A DNA stretch of 63,746 bases, filler included, from Octopus bimaculoides (GCF_001194135.2; 7 parts of 6 records of this genome joined end to end with filler, not necessarily neighbours in it); one strand, 5' to 3'. Positions 39,551 to 52,648 are shown, numbered from the whole stretch's first letter. Notes: a model not told the origin generated them from the letters alone. A program made the numbers and translations.

Positions 39551-40429
39551 NNNNNNNNNNNNNNNNNNNNNNNNNNNNNNNNNNNNNNNNNNNNNNNNNN
39601 NNNNNNNNNNNNNNNNNNNNNNNNNNNNNNNNNNNNNNNNNNNNNNNNNNNNNNNNNNNNNNNNNNNNNNNNNNNNNNNNNNNNNNNNNNNNNNNNNNNN
39701 NNNNNNNNNNNNNNNNNNNNNNNNNNNNNNNNNNNNNNNNNNNNNNNNNNNNNNNNNNNNNNNNNNNNNNNNNNNNNNNNNNNNNNNNNNNNNNNNNNNN
39801 NNNNNNNNNNNNNNNNNNNNNNNNNNNNNNNNNNNNNNNNNNNNNNNNNNNNNNNNNNNNNNNNNNNNNNNNNNNNNNNNNNNNNNNNNNNNNNNNNNNN
39901 NNNNNNNNNNNNNNNNNNNNNNNNNNNNNNNNNNNNNNNNNNNNNNNNNNNNNNNNNNNNNNNNNNNNNNNNNNNNNNNNNNNNNNNNNNNNNNNNNNNN
40001 NNNNNNNNNNNNNNNNNNNNNNNNNNNNNNNNNNNNNNNNNNNNNNNNNNNNNNNNNNNNNNNNNNNNNNNNNNNNNNNNNNNNNNNNNNNNNNNNNNNN
40101 NNNNNNNNNNNNNNNNNNNNNNNNNNNNNNNNNNNNNNNNNNNNNNNNNNNNNNNNNNNNNNNNNNNNNNNNNNNNNNNNNNNNNNNNNNNNNNNNNNNN
40201 NNNNNNNNNNNNNNNNNNNNNNNNNNNNNNNNNNNNNNNNNNNNNNNNNNNNNNNNNNNNNNNNNNNNNNNNNNNNNNNNNNNNNNNNNNNNNNNNNNNN
40301 NNNNNNNNNNNNNNNNNNNNNNNNNNNNNNNNNNNNNNNNNNNNNNNNNNNNNNNNNNNNNNNNNNNNNNNNNNNNNNNNNNNNNNNNNNNNNNNNNNNN
40401 NNNNNNNNNNNNNNNNNNNNNNNNNNNNN

Positions 40430-40475
<46 letters not shown>

Positions 40476-41374
40476 ATGCATATATATAAATATATGTATG
40501 TATGTATATGTATATATATATTTACATATATGTCTTCACCACCCCCATATATATATATATACACACACACATATATATGGATGTATATCATCATATATAT
40601 GCGTAAGAGTATAAATGATCCGATATATATATATTTGTGCACATACACACACACGCACACTCACGTATATTATGCGAATTTGTGCTCACTTTCTCTCACT
40701 ATGTGATATATGAGCGTTTGTGGCCATATGCGTGTGTATGTTTGTATACATATGTGTTTGTGTGTCTGGTGGGTGGGTGTGTAGGTTCATGGATGCACCC
40801 AAGTGCATACATATATGTTGATGTGTAATTCTACGCGATGCACACAAATGCAACTTTGTTCAACCTCATTCACACCTGTCCTGTCATCTTCTACCATTCA
40901 TCTGGTCTTCATGTCACTTCCCTCCAGCCACTAAAGTGCAGTTCTCTGGTAATTACTAGATTACCTAGAAACAACAGCCAAATTTCCCTGAAATTCACGT
41001 ATTTCAAACCTTTCTCAACCATCTTCGCACCAAAAATCGTTGGAAAAAGTTGTTTAGAAATATCTGCCCATTAACAAAGTGACAAGATCATGACGGAAAG
41101 AAGGTTGTGGTGTGGTGAAACGGTTATCATCGATGCTGTGATCTGATAACGAACGCCAATTGCAAGTTGGTCACTCCACTTGCAAGAAATAATAGTCACA
41201 GTTTCTTTGTTTCACTCTTTACCCTCTTGTATAACGACAAGACAGATAAAATAAGGTAATCCTACATAGACTACTAGCATTGCCTTGTGTGGAAAATCCC
41301 AGACACAAAATCCTTATTAAAAAATTACTATTTTTAAATCTTACAATGTGAGACATTCAGCAACAGTACTTTGT

Positions 41375-41616
41375 AGTAAAGATTATTTGCCAACATAATA
41401 TGGCGGTCATGGTTTAGGACGAATGTTGCTGTAATTTATCCCCAGGAGACATCGTCTCCAGCTGGCTATGCGACACGATCTATGTCCTTGTTCGAAAATA
41501 TAAGGACAGAGAGCGTGTCGTATAGCCAGCTGGAGACGATGTCTCCTGGGGATAAATTACAGCAACATTCGTCCTAAACCATGACCGCCATATTATGTTG
41601 GCAAATAATCTTTACT
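41375..41616. repeat. Near-perfect 103-bp-arm palindrome (hairpin element)
   Basis: 41375-41477 versus 41514-41616 match 102/103 as an inverted repeat; the 36-nt loop has extra TGTCCTT/AAGGACA pairing. Confidence 0.95.
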
Positions 41617-41941
41617 CCATAACAACCATATATTTGAAATTTCTGCCACACTTAATCTTTCGCTCAGTTAGTCTTTATCTCTCTTTTTTTCTCTCTCTTA
41701 GTTACTTTCACACTCCCTTCTATTTACAGCATTTCTCTTCCACTCTCTTTCTCTCATCTCATCAAAATCTTTCTCCTCTCTCACAGATTATGCTCCATTA
41801 TGTCTTTCCATTCGCCAACGCTTCCCATTTTTCACCTCTTTCTTCCCCTCAAGTTCTCTCAGTCCTCCTACACTTTTTCTGTCATTGCCCTTCAATCTCC
41901 AATAAAGTCTACACTTCATCTCACAGACTTTGTGACTCTGA

Positions 41942-41982
<41 letters not shown>

Positions 41983-42152
41983 GTCCCAATCTCTTCTGGT
42001 ATTTATTTTATCTGTCCATCAGTCTTTCTCTCTCTCTGTCTCTCTCTCTCTCTCTTCATTTCCATACCTTTATCTCAGTATTCCTCTCTTTCTCTCTTAC
42101 ACATACACTCACGCATCGCACACGCGCACACACATACACACTCACGCACACA

Positions 42153-42201
<49 letters not shown>

Positions 42202-42350
42202 NNNNNNNNNNNNNNNNNNNNNNNNNNNNNNNNNNNNNNNNNNNNNNNNNNNNNNNNNNNNNNNNNNNNNNNNNNNNNNNNNNNNNNNNNNNNNNNNNNN
42301 NNNNNNNNNNNNNNNNNNNNNNNNNNNNNNNNNNNNNNNNNNNNNNNNNN

Positions 42351-42401
<51 letters not shown>

Positions 42402-42718
42402 CCTTCCATACAATAACCTTCCCATTTCACTTGCGGTCCAATCACTTCACTAACAACGACTACGACAACAACAACAACAACCACAACGACGCCAGAATTC
42501 CCCAAGCGTTTTTTGTCTCACCTCGCTGTTCCTTGCAATGCGAGTCAACTCCGCCTCGGCCTTGTTTCTCTCTCTGTCTTTCTCTGACACACTAATTCTT
42601 TCTCTCTCTCTCTCATACACTCTGCACTTCCACCGCCACCATTTACTTTCAACACAGCTAGCCCGTCACCCTGCCACTTTACGGTCCTGCCTGCTACACA
42701 AGCGTCTCACCGACATAC

Positions 42719-42757
42719 CGTGCTACCGTCCTGTCGACCAAGTCGTCCTGCCGCCAT
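42719..42757 (-). CDS. Candidate first coding exon (MAAGRLGRQDGST)
   Basis: GGAATGG start context, consensus-like donor ACG|GTATGT, lying in a locally CpG-rich unique segment (about 42480-42900). Confidence 0.25.
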
Positions 42758-43489
42758 TCCTACTAAACTTTCTGTGAAATATTCCTGCGATATTCCTTGA
42801 TTTTCTATTGTTCTCTGCCTCTACACTTCTTCCCCGCTCGATCTCTGGACACCGAACACACACGTCTTTCCCGCCTCGCCACACTTATCTAATCATGACA
42901 ATGACGACGACAACCTTCCACACACTTACGTAATCACAGCCAAACACGCATGCACTCTACAATAACCAAACACATAACAGCTTCCCCCCAGATACACGCA
43001 CGTATACCTACGTGTAAACACAGAGAAAAAGTAAGTTACACGCATGATGTTGTAGACATTCATATTCATACTTACAAGTACATACACTTGTGTATGAACA
43101 TACAGCTGCTTCCGATTTTCTGCATGTACGTACGTATGTTTTGTCTTTATATATGCATACATATGCACTACACACACACACACACGCGCACACGCACACG
43201 ATCACACATATAGGTTCTTAATTTTTGTCACAATTGCAGCAATTTCGACCCCGCTAGAAGGATGAAAGACAAGGTCGACCTCGGCGGAATCTGAACTCGG
43301 AAAGTCGGACGAAATGACGTTAAATATTGAGTATCTAATGAGGGACTTATTTTAAACTATCTCTCTCTCTCACACACACCGACACACGCACGCGCGCGCG
43401 CATGCACGAGCGCTCGCACATATAATACACGTACATATAATGCATAAATGTAATATACGTGTATCATATATGCATATATTACACAAATA

Positions 43490-43648
43490 GGCGCAGGAGT
43501 GTGTGGGGTAAGTAGGTTTCTTACCAACCAAATGGTTCAGGATTCAGTCCCACTGTGGTGCCACCTTGGGCAAGTATCTTCTACTATAGGCATGAGCCGA
43601 CCAAAGCCCTGTGAGTGGACTTGGTAAACGGAAACTGAAAGAAGCCCG

Positions 43649-43737
<89 letters not shown>

Positions 43738-43963
43738 CGTGTGTATATATGTATGCATGTATATATTTGTGTGTTTGTTTGTCCCCCCACCATCACTTGA
43801 CAACCGATGTTGGTGTGTTTATGTCCCCGTAACGTAGCGGTTCGGCAAAAGAATCAATAGAATAAGTACTAGGCTTACAAAGAATAAGTCCTGGGCTAGA
43901 ATTGTTCGACTAAAGGCAGTGCTCCAGCATGACCGCAGTCAAATGACTGAAACAAATAAAAGA
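43490..43963 (+). mobile_element. SINE family A, full length
   Basis: Same structure as the other family A copies. Confidence 0.9.
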
Positions 43964-44758
43964 ATTAAACAATAAAAATAGCATAACAGTATACATGTGT
44001 GTGTGTGTGTATATATGTATTTATATATNNNNNNNNNNNNNNNNNNNNNNNNNNNNNNNNNNNNNNNNNNNNNNNNNNNNNNNNNNNNNNNNNNNNNNNN
44101 NNNNNNNNNNNNNNNNNNNNNNNNNNNNNNNNNNNNNNNNNNNNNNNNNNNNNNNNNNNNNNNNNNNNNNNNNNNNNNNNNNNNNNNNNNNNNNNNNNNN
44201 NNNNNNNNNNNNNNNNNNNNNNNNNNNNNNNNNNNNNNNNNNNNTTTTAATAAAATGATTTTTCAATGCTGGCAGCTTGGAAGTGGCAGCAATCCAGTTC
44301 AACAATGGCATTGCAGAATAATGGAACAACGGAACAACGGAACAACAGAACAACGGTGGGATGGTAAGAGACGTGTAGATAGGACTGTTTCATTAGACGT
44401 GAAATATAAAGAATGTGGTTTAATATACGGCGTTAGGACAAGTGGTCTTTACCGCTATATTTAGCAGAGAAGAAGAAGAAGAAGAAGAAGAAGAAGAAGA
44501 AGAAGAAGAAGAAGAAGAAGAAGAAGAAGAAGAAAAAGAAGAAGAATATAGCACACGGTTGAGCGTGCATATGTGTGCATGAGTGTATATATCTATGTGT
44601 GTGTGTGTATGTGTGTGTGTATGTAGCTGTGTATATGTGTATGTTTGTATGTTTGTGTGTGCGTTGCAGCGATTGGATCTTTCGGATGTAGAACGAGGGA
44701 GAATGGATTGTTGTATTTGTGGCCAGCTCAGCCGGGTTTGATTGGTGTGTGTGCGTGT

Positions 44759-44789
<31 letters not shown>

Positions 44790-44891
44790 CGTGTGTGTGT
44801 GTGGCTTTGTGCGTGAGAGAGAGAGGGAGAGAGAGAGAGAGAGAGAGAGAAAGTTAGTGTGTGTACACTAGTATATATATATTTATATATG

Positions 44892-44927
<36 letters not shown>

Positions 44928-46305
44928 CATGTGTGTGTGTGTGTGTGTGCGTGCGTGTATGAATAATTATGTTTATTTATTTGCATGCGTCTGTGCGCAA
45001 GTGTGCATATATGTGCGTGTGCAATATATGTGTATGCGTGCATACGTGTGTATGCGTATGCATGCGTGTGTACGTGTGTGCATGCGTGTGTATGCGTGTG
45101 CAAGCGTGCGTGCGTGTGTGCATGCGTGTGTATGTGCGTGTAATCGTGTGTGTATGCGTGTGCATGCATGTGTATGTGTGTCCATGCGTGTGTTTGTGTG
45201 AGAATATGAGCTTGTGTTTGTGTTTATGCATGTGTATGTGAGTTTGTGCGAGCTTTTTTTTTGTGTGTGTTCATGCATGTGTACGTGTGAGTATATGCGC
45301 TTGTGTGTGTGTGTGTCTGTCTGTGTGTGTGAGTTTGAGTCTGTGTGCGCGCATGCGTATGCATGTGTGTGAACGTGTGTTCACGCATGTAGACATACAT
45401 GCAACTACATTCAGTTTGAAAATGAAAGTAGGGTGCTGAAGTGAGTGGGTGGAGGGTAGCAATGGTGGTAGAAGCATTGACTATCATATTGGCAGAGAGA
45501 GTCGGACGACCGATAATGAAGGAGGGATAGCGTGAGAGAGAGAGGAGGAGAGAGAGAAAGAGGAGGAGAGAGAGAAATAGAGAAATCAAGAGAGAGAAGT
45601 AGACGAAGCAGAAACAGTGAGTGAGGGAGAGAGAGTGGCATTGAAAGGTAGGGGTGGAAACGGATACGTGCATGAAATGTGTGTGGAGAGATGCGATTCT
45701 AGAGTAAACTTCGATATGGACAGATTGAAAGATATGCAGGTCATTGCATGTGTACTGAGAGAGAGAGGGGGGGAGACAGACAGAGCGTATAAGTGAGTGA
45801 GAGGGAGCGAGAATGAGAGGAAGAGAGAGGATGTTAAATCTATGGGAGTTTTACAAGAGGTGAAGTGAGTGAGAGAGAGAGGGAGAGACAAGGAGAGACA
45901 GAGAAAGACAGAATGAGAGTTTGTGTGAGAGAGAGAGAGAAAGACAGACAGACAGACAGACAGAGTAAAACAGAGAGAAAGAATAAGAGTGAGAGAGAGA
46001 GAGTGAAAGAAGTAGACTTATGGGAGTTTTACAAGAAATGGAGAGAGAGCGAGTGAGAGAGAGAGAGAGAGAAGGAGAAAGAGAGAGAGAAGGAGAAAGA
46101 GAGAGAGAGAAGGAGAAAGACACAGAGAGAGAGGGGGGAGAAAGAGAAGTGGTTAGTTAGCAAGAAAGAAAGAAGTCGTACATGTATATANNNNNNNNNN
46201 NNNNNNNNNNNNNNNNNNNNNNNNNNNNNNNNNNNNNNNNNNNNNNNNNNNNNNNNNNNNNNNNNNNNNNNNNNNNNNNNNNNNNNNNNNNNNNNNNNNN
46301 NNNNN

Positions 46306-46338
<33 letters not shown>

Positions 46339-47089
46339 TTATATATACATGTATATATGCATGTAGGCACTTACATGCGTGTATACACTTGGACAGACAC
46401 ACAGACTGAAAGAGTGATATAAAGAAAGCGATAGAGAGAAAGAACGAGAAAGTAAGATTATGTTGTATATGGGACGATAAAAAGATTGGCGAGAAGACTC
46501 GGAAAGAGACGAAAGTGAGAAAGAAGGGCAGAAAAGAGAAGAAGATAGAGAAGTAATGAAAGGAAGAGAAGGAACGGAGAAAGAAAGAGGGAGGGAGAGG
46601 AAGTAAGAGGGAAAGAGAGAAGTGAAATGGTGGAGAAGAAGAGAAAGGAGGGAAGAAAGAAAAAAGCGAATGTGAAGAATGGAAAGGGTGAGGCATGGTC
46701 GTCGGAATCGGTTGAATAGGACATGTTGAAAGAAGTGGAGGAGAAAAATAGAGCAGAGAAGAGGTCGGGGTAAGGGAGATAAGTAGTTGGAAGTGATACA
46801 GGGAGCATGAGAGAGAGAGAGAAAGAGAGGGGGGAAGGAGAGAGAAAGAGTGAGTGAGAGGGAGAGAGAAAAAGAGTCGTTAATGCCGAGCTAGCGAGAG
46901 AGACTGAGAGAGATATAAAGAGACGTGTGTGTGTGTGTGTGTGTGTGCATATANNNNNNNNNNNNNNNNNNNNNNNNNNNNNNNNNNNNNNNNNNNNTTA
47001 ATTAATTAANNNNNNNNNNNNNNNNNNNNNNNNNNNNNNNNNNNNNNNNNNNNTATATATATATATATGCGTGTATTTATGCGTATGTG

Positions 47090-47126
<37 letters not shown>

Positions 47127-47810
47127 AGAATGATACGCTCCTCAAAACAGCAAAACTTCGCAGCAATTTCAATTTTCCTATGAAGTTATTTTCAATTGTA
47201 TATAAATAATGGATTTCCATTTTCTTTGCAGATATCTCACCAGCTGCGTCCAACATTTAGCACTTCTTTCTTTTCCATATTGTTTTACTCTGTTTATTAT
47301 AATCTCTGGAGATTCTCTATATTTGCATTCTACTAATGAAAACATTTTGAATAGATGCCGTTTGAATTCGTTGACATCTCCAAATATGTACTCTTCACAG
47401 ATTGCTGCTGTTCTTAATGTGTTTATTTACTCTGAGAGAATGTCTCCAAAGTTGGTTTTTCTCTTTCGCTATTTTACAATCTTCGTTTAGTTGATTTATT
47501 TTGACGTGCAGTTAAATAGTATACATATTAATCTCGGAGGTTTTGTATGTGGGTGTAAGAACTCGATTCTTCAGACAATTTGGATCCCTCTACTACACTG
47601 TAAAGTTTAAAATTTTGTTTCGTTTACATTTTGACCAGAATATTTGTTTTCTGCTCTAGGCACAAAGCCCGAAATTTTGGGCTGATGGGGCCAGTGGATT
47701 CGTTATACTGGGTAGAACAAATTTACAGCCATCTAGAAAGCAATTTCATTATAAATTTGCAGCGCATGAAATTGAGACAGTGATCACTTTTAATCACGGA
47801 TATCTGCCAC

Positions 47811-47905
47811 CAAGTCACGGATTAGGAGCGTTGTGCTTAAGAGCGTAGTGGTTAAGAGCGCGGGCTACTAACCGCAAGATTCCGAGATCAATTCCAGGCA
47901 GTGAC
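47811..47905 (+). mobile_element. Short tRNA-derived SINE head flanked by a 16-bp direct repeat
   Basis: CACGGATATCTGCCAC at 47795-47810 and 47906-47921; insert contains GCGTAGTGGTTAAG (A box) and GAGATCAATTCC (B-box-like). Confidence 0.6.
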
Positions 47906-47921
47906 CACGGATATCTGCCAC

Positions 47922-48410
47922 GCAACTGGTACTTTATTTATCGACCCCGAAAGGATGAAAGGCAAAGTCGACCTCGGGGGAATTTGAACTCAGAACGTAG
48001 AGATAGACGAAATACCGCTAAGCGTTTCGTCCGGCGTGCTAACGTTTCTTATTGTTTACTGCCCACAAGAGCCTACACACAGAGGGAACAAACAAGGACA
48101 GACAAACGGATTAAGTCGATTATATCGACCTCAGTGCGTAACTGATCCTTATGTAATCGACCCCGAAAAGATGAAAGGCAAAGTCGACCCCGGCGGAATT
48201 TGAACTCAGAACGTAAAGATCTTTGACCACGATATTTCACGTGAAAAGGCCGGCGAACCGGCAGAAGAGTTTGCACCGCAATATTTCGTCGGTCGTTATG
48301 TTCTGAGTTCAAATTTCGCCGAGGTCTACTTTGCTTTTCATCGGCACAGAGTCGATAAAATAAGTACCAGTTGAGCATTTTGATCGATGCTGCTGGTGTC
48401 GTACAAAAAN
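47922..48410. mobile_element. Cluster of SINE family B copies in both orientations
   Basis: Two minus-strand copies (about 47925-48050 and 48110-48220) and one plus-strand copy (about 48250-48390). Confidence 0.8.
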
Positions 48411-48884
48411 NNNNNNNNNNNNNNNNNNNNNNNNNNNNNNNNNNNNNNNNNNNNNNNNNNNNNNNNNNNNNNNNNNNNNNNNNNNNNNNNNNNNNNNNNN
48501 NNNNNNNNNNNNNNNNNNNNNNNNNNNNNNNNNNNNNNNNNNNNNNNNNNNNNNNNNNNNNNNNNNNNNNNNNNNNNNNNNNNNNNNNNNNNNNNNNNNN
48601 NNNNNNNNNNNNNNNNNNNNNNNNNNNNNNNNNNNNNNNNNNNNNNNNNNNNNNNNNNNNNNNTATTTCGTCGGTCGTTATGTTCTGAGTTCAAATTTTG
48701 CCGAGGTCTACTTTGCTTTTCATCGGCACAGGGTCGATAAAATAAGTACCAGTTGAGCATTTTGATCGATGCTGCTGGTGTCGTACAAAAATTTCAAGCT
48801 AACATTTAACATGAGATATTGGCATGTTCTAATCTACATCGCCGTACTTCTTACATTATATTATTAACCTGGGAATGTGGAGGC

Positions 48885-49150
48885 GCAATGGCCCAGTGAT
48901 TAGGGCAGCGGATTCGCGGTCGTAGGATCGCGATTTCGATTCCTAGACCGGGCGTTGTGAGTGTTTATTGAGCGAAAACACCTAAACTCCACGAGGCTCC
49001 GGCAAGGGGTAGTGGTGAACCTTGTTGTACTCTTTCACCACAACTTTCACGCCTTCTTCCTGTTTCTGTCGTACCTGTATTCACGAGCAGGCTGTTCCGT
49101 TGGTCACATCAGCTAGAACCTTCGTTGTCGTCACTGACGGAGTGCCACGA
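48885..49150 (+). mobile_element. tRNA-derived SINE with internal deletion
   Basis: GGAGGCGCAATGGCCCAGTGATTAGG..GATTTCGATTCC head; tail GACGGAGTGCCA shared with 32870-33210. Confidence 0.8.
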
Positions 49151-49823
49151 ACCTACGAATAACTACTAGACCCCCACCAAAATTTCAAACAATGACAATA
49201 GACCATTCAAAGATTTCTCACAAATAGGGTATATAATTACCGAAATCGTACCGGGTGCACCTTATATATTAGTTTTAAATTGTGCACAAGACCAGTAATT
49301 TCGTGGGTGGGGTATAGGCCGATTACATCGACCACAGTGCTCAACTGATACTTAATTTATCGACCCCGAAATGACGAAAGGCAAAGTAGATCGTGGTGGA
49401 ATTTGAACTCAGAAAGTAAACACGGACGAAGTATCGCTAACCATTTTGTCCGGCATGATAGGGTGCACCTTATATTTACTGTAGTGATTTTTAGCATCTA
49501 TATAGTCTGCGCTAGTTTATACGAGTTCTTTATAAGCAAAACGAAGTAGTCAATGAAGATGATTTCTCTTAAGAGTTTATGACTAAAAAAGTTTTCTTCC
49601 TGGAAAAAATCAGATTGAAAGGGTTGGACAAAATAATCGAAACAACTTAAGATCTCAAACAATTTTTTTTTGTTTTAATATGGGGTAGGACTGCCTTTGG
49701 CAGTAATTACAGCTTGAATTCTACGAGGTATGGACTCGTACAAAGTTTGAATTGTTTCCAAAGGAATTTTTGTCCTTTGGAACGTATCTTAGGTATGAGA
49801 ACCCAGGTTCGAAATTTCCCCAG

Positions 49824-49869
49824 GACACCTGATGAAGGCTGAAGAGTACATCAGCCGAAACATTGTGTT
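49824..49869 (+). ncRNA. Minimal type I hammerhead ribozyme (cleavage triplet mutated)
   Basis: GACAC-CTGATGA-A-GGCTGA[8]TCAGCC-GAAAC-ATT-GTGTT; stems I and II pair; GTT changed to ATT. Confidence 0.75.
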
Positions 49870-50125
49870 AACAACAAACAAGATGAGGACAAATAAATAT
49901 CCGTCAAATGTAAATAATGTAATTTAAGAATATACAACAATTTAGTCGGATCCGTACTCAGTCGATATTCAGTCAGTGAACCAACTGAATGATGTGAAGT
50001 TTCGTATTGTATCAAACTTCTACGCTGAATGCAGTTCTATATTTAAGAAATCGGGAATTATGTACATTATTTACATTTGACGGATACTTGTTCTCATCTT
50101 TTTTGTCCTCATCTTGTTTGTTGTT

Positions 50126-50171
50126 AACACAACGTTTCGGCTGATATACCCTCCAGCATTCACCAGGTGTC
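50126..50171 (-). ncRNA. Minimal type I hammerhead ribozyme (core A6 changed to G)
   Basis: Reverse strand GACAC-CTGGTGA-A-TGCTGG[8]TCAGCC-GAAACGTT-GTGTT with palindromic ACGT stem III. Confidence 0.7.
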
Positions 50172-52586
50172 TTGGGGAAATTTCGAACCTGGGTTCTCAT
50201 TCCTAAGGTATTTTTCGATGAAGTCTGGAGGGTATATCAACCGAAACGTTGTTTTAGCAACAAACAAGACGAAGACAAATATTTGTCTACGCTGATGATG
50301 AACATTTCTGAGCATCCTTCCGTTTTACGTTTGCAATTCCCGATCGTATACTTTTAATATATACATTTACTGTTTAAGTACATTACATACATTCCCTACG
50401 TCGGGTCCCGTGCACTTTCTATTTTGACATCGATAATTACACTAACCATAAATGTAAATCATGTAGATTTCATTCAACAAGACGGTTTTAACGCTGACAT
50501 TTATTTAAAATAGACTTGATGAGACGCAAGTCTAATGCTTTATTAACAAACATCGAGTGTAATGTAAAATATTCAATCTGTTGTACTTCATTATCGGGAA
50601 CAATTACACACAATTGAGATATATGATATACAATGTGATACAGTAAGCCCAATTGAAAATATTTTTCGCAAGCAATTGCGGTGTTCTATAATTTGAAGCT
50701 CATTACTGAATGTTTCGTTTAGAAGCATAAACGCACGATAATAGATCGATTAATCGAAACTCTGTATTCAAATACTTTTTTCTGTATCTCTTTTGTCATC
50801 TGCATCTCTAAAACAAATTTGAGGTTTTGATGTTAATATGCCTGGATTACTGTTTTGTACACGGAGATGGGAGTAGAGGAGGCATTAAACAACAATTTAT
50901 CGAGATGTAGAGTATTGTATGTTCGGCCTCGTAGATTGTGCTCTCCGTCACGCTTTGTATACGTTTGCCTTCAAGATTTTGCTGCTGAACTCAGCGTATT
51001 AAGGACTGGTGGTCTAACTTTCGAGGGCCATTTCAAACTGTCGGCACTCATTTAGACAACGCAAAGAATTTAATATTGCAAAGCATTTGTTTCACTTTCT
51101 TAGAACTCTGCATTTATAAAATCCTACAGAAGGAGCGAACACTTGAGGAGTTCACGATTTGTTGGAAATAGCAGCCAAATCTTCTACAAATCACAGCCTA
51201 CCGTCATAAACATGGAAACACCATTGTCAATAATGCACTCATATATTCTCATAAAAACGGCATGGCACTGTTTCAATCATAATTCCGTTCGATCTGGGAC
51301 GGCCGAGTGTTAAACAATATGGATTTCAAATTTTGGCTCAAAGCCAGCAAGTTCTGGGGCGGGGTAAATCGCTTATATCGATCCCAGTGCTCAACTGGTA
51401 ATTATTTATCGATACCGAATAAAGGAAATGCAAAGTCGACCTCGATCATCAACTTGTTAATAATGAAGTGATCGATTGCGAGATATATTTAACTAAGGCA
51501 AGCGGTCGGTTTAACACTGGTCCTTTGCTATCGAGAGACATAAGCAGAATTCATCCCCTTATGAGTATTCACACCAAGTCAAAAATTTATGTTATTAAGA
51601 GTAAAGTTTATAACTAAGATTGATATAGGACAGACAAAATCTTTTTGAGAACGAAGCTCACTTTTCATAAGCAACACATATGAGACTCTAATACTAGACA
51701 GATTCCCTTGAGCAAACATTTTGACATATGCGTAAAAAACACTCCGAAATTCCTAGTCTGCCCACTTGAACTTTCTTCCGATATAACTACAGATCAAATG
51801 CGAATAAACAAAGAAGATATATACATTAAGAAAGATAAACCACGACTTAACAAGCTACAACAACATATCATACAAACATGTTACGGGCCCCGAACTAAGA
51901 CCTGAAACTGTGCTGCATTGTTTGGACGTCTACGGTAAAATCTTTGAGAAAAAACGGAAAAAGAAACCAAAGACAGAATTACGAAATAAATGACTGAGCT
52001 TCGACACAAAAACTAACAGACCATATGGTGTTAATATTAAAAAAATGCTTAAATTTGAAACAGTAGCGTGTAGTTAAAAAAAAGTTTTCACACGAAGAAC
52101 TGTCGTACAAAATATCTGTGATAAAACCCCATGGAACAGGTGAAGTGTTTTATATGTAAATATTCACATAGCAAATTCTCCCAAATAGCATTTTCAAATT
52201 TCCTTCTCAATCTGTGTTGTATACAAATGTTTATATATATATATATATATATNNNNNNNNNNNNNNNNNNNNNNNNNNNNNNNNNNNNNNNNNNNNNNNN
52301 NNNNNNNNNNNNNNNNNNNNNNNNNNNNNNNNNNNNNNNNNNNNNNNNNNNNNNNNNNNNNNNNNNNNNNNNNNNNNNNNNNNNNNNNNNNNNNNNNNNN
52401 NNNNNNNNNNNNNNNNNNNNNNNNNNNNNNNNNNNNNNNNNNNNNNNNNNNNNNNNNNNNNNNNNNNNNNNNNNNNNNNNNNNNNNNNNNNNNNNNNNNN
52501 NNNNNNNNNNNNNNNNNNNNNNNNNNNNNNNNNNNNNNNNNNNNNNNNNNNNNNNNNNNNNNNNNNNNNNNNNNNNNNNNNNNNNN

Positions 52587-52648
<62 letters not shown>

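Larger units (their letters stand above)
49786..50290. mobile_element. PLE pseudo-LTR-like units in inverted arrangement (+49786-49921, -50041-50208, partial +50215-50290)
   Basis: Three copies of a ~135-bp unit carrying a hammerhead motif and AACAACAAACAAGATGAGGAC. Confidence 0.75.
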
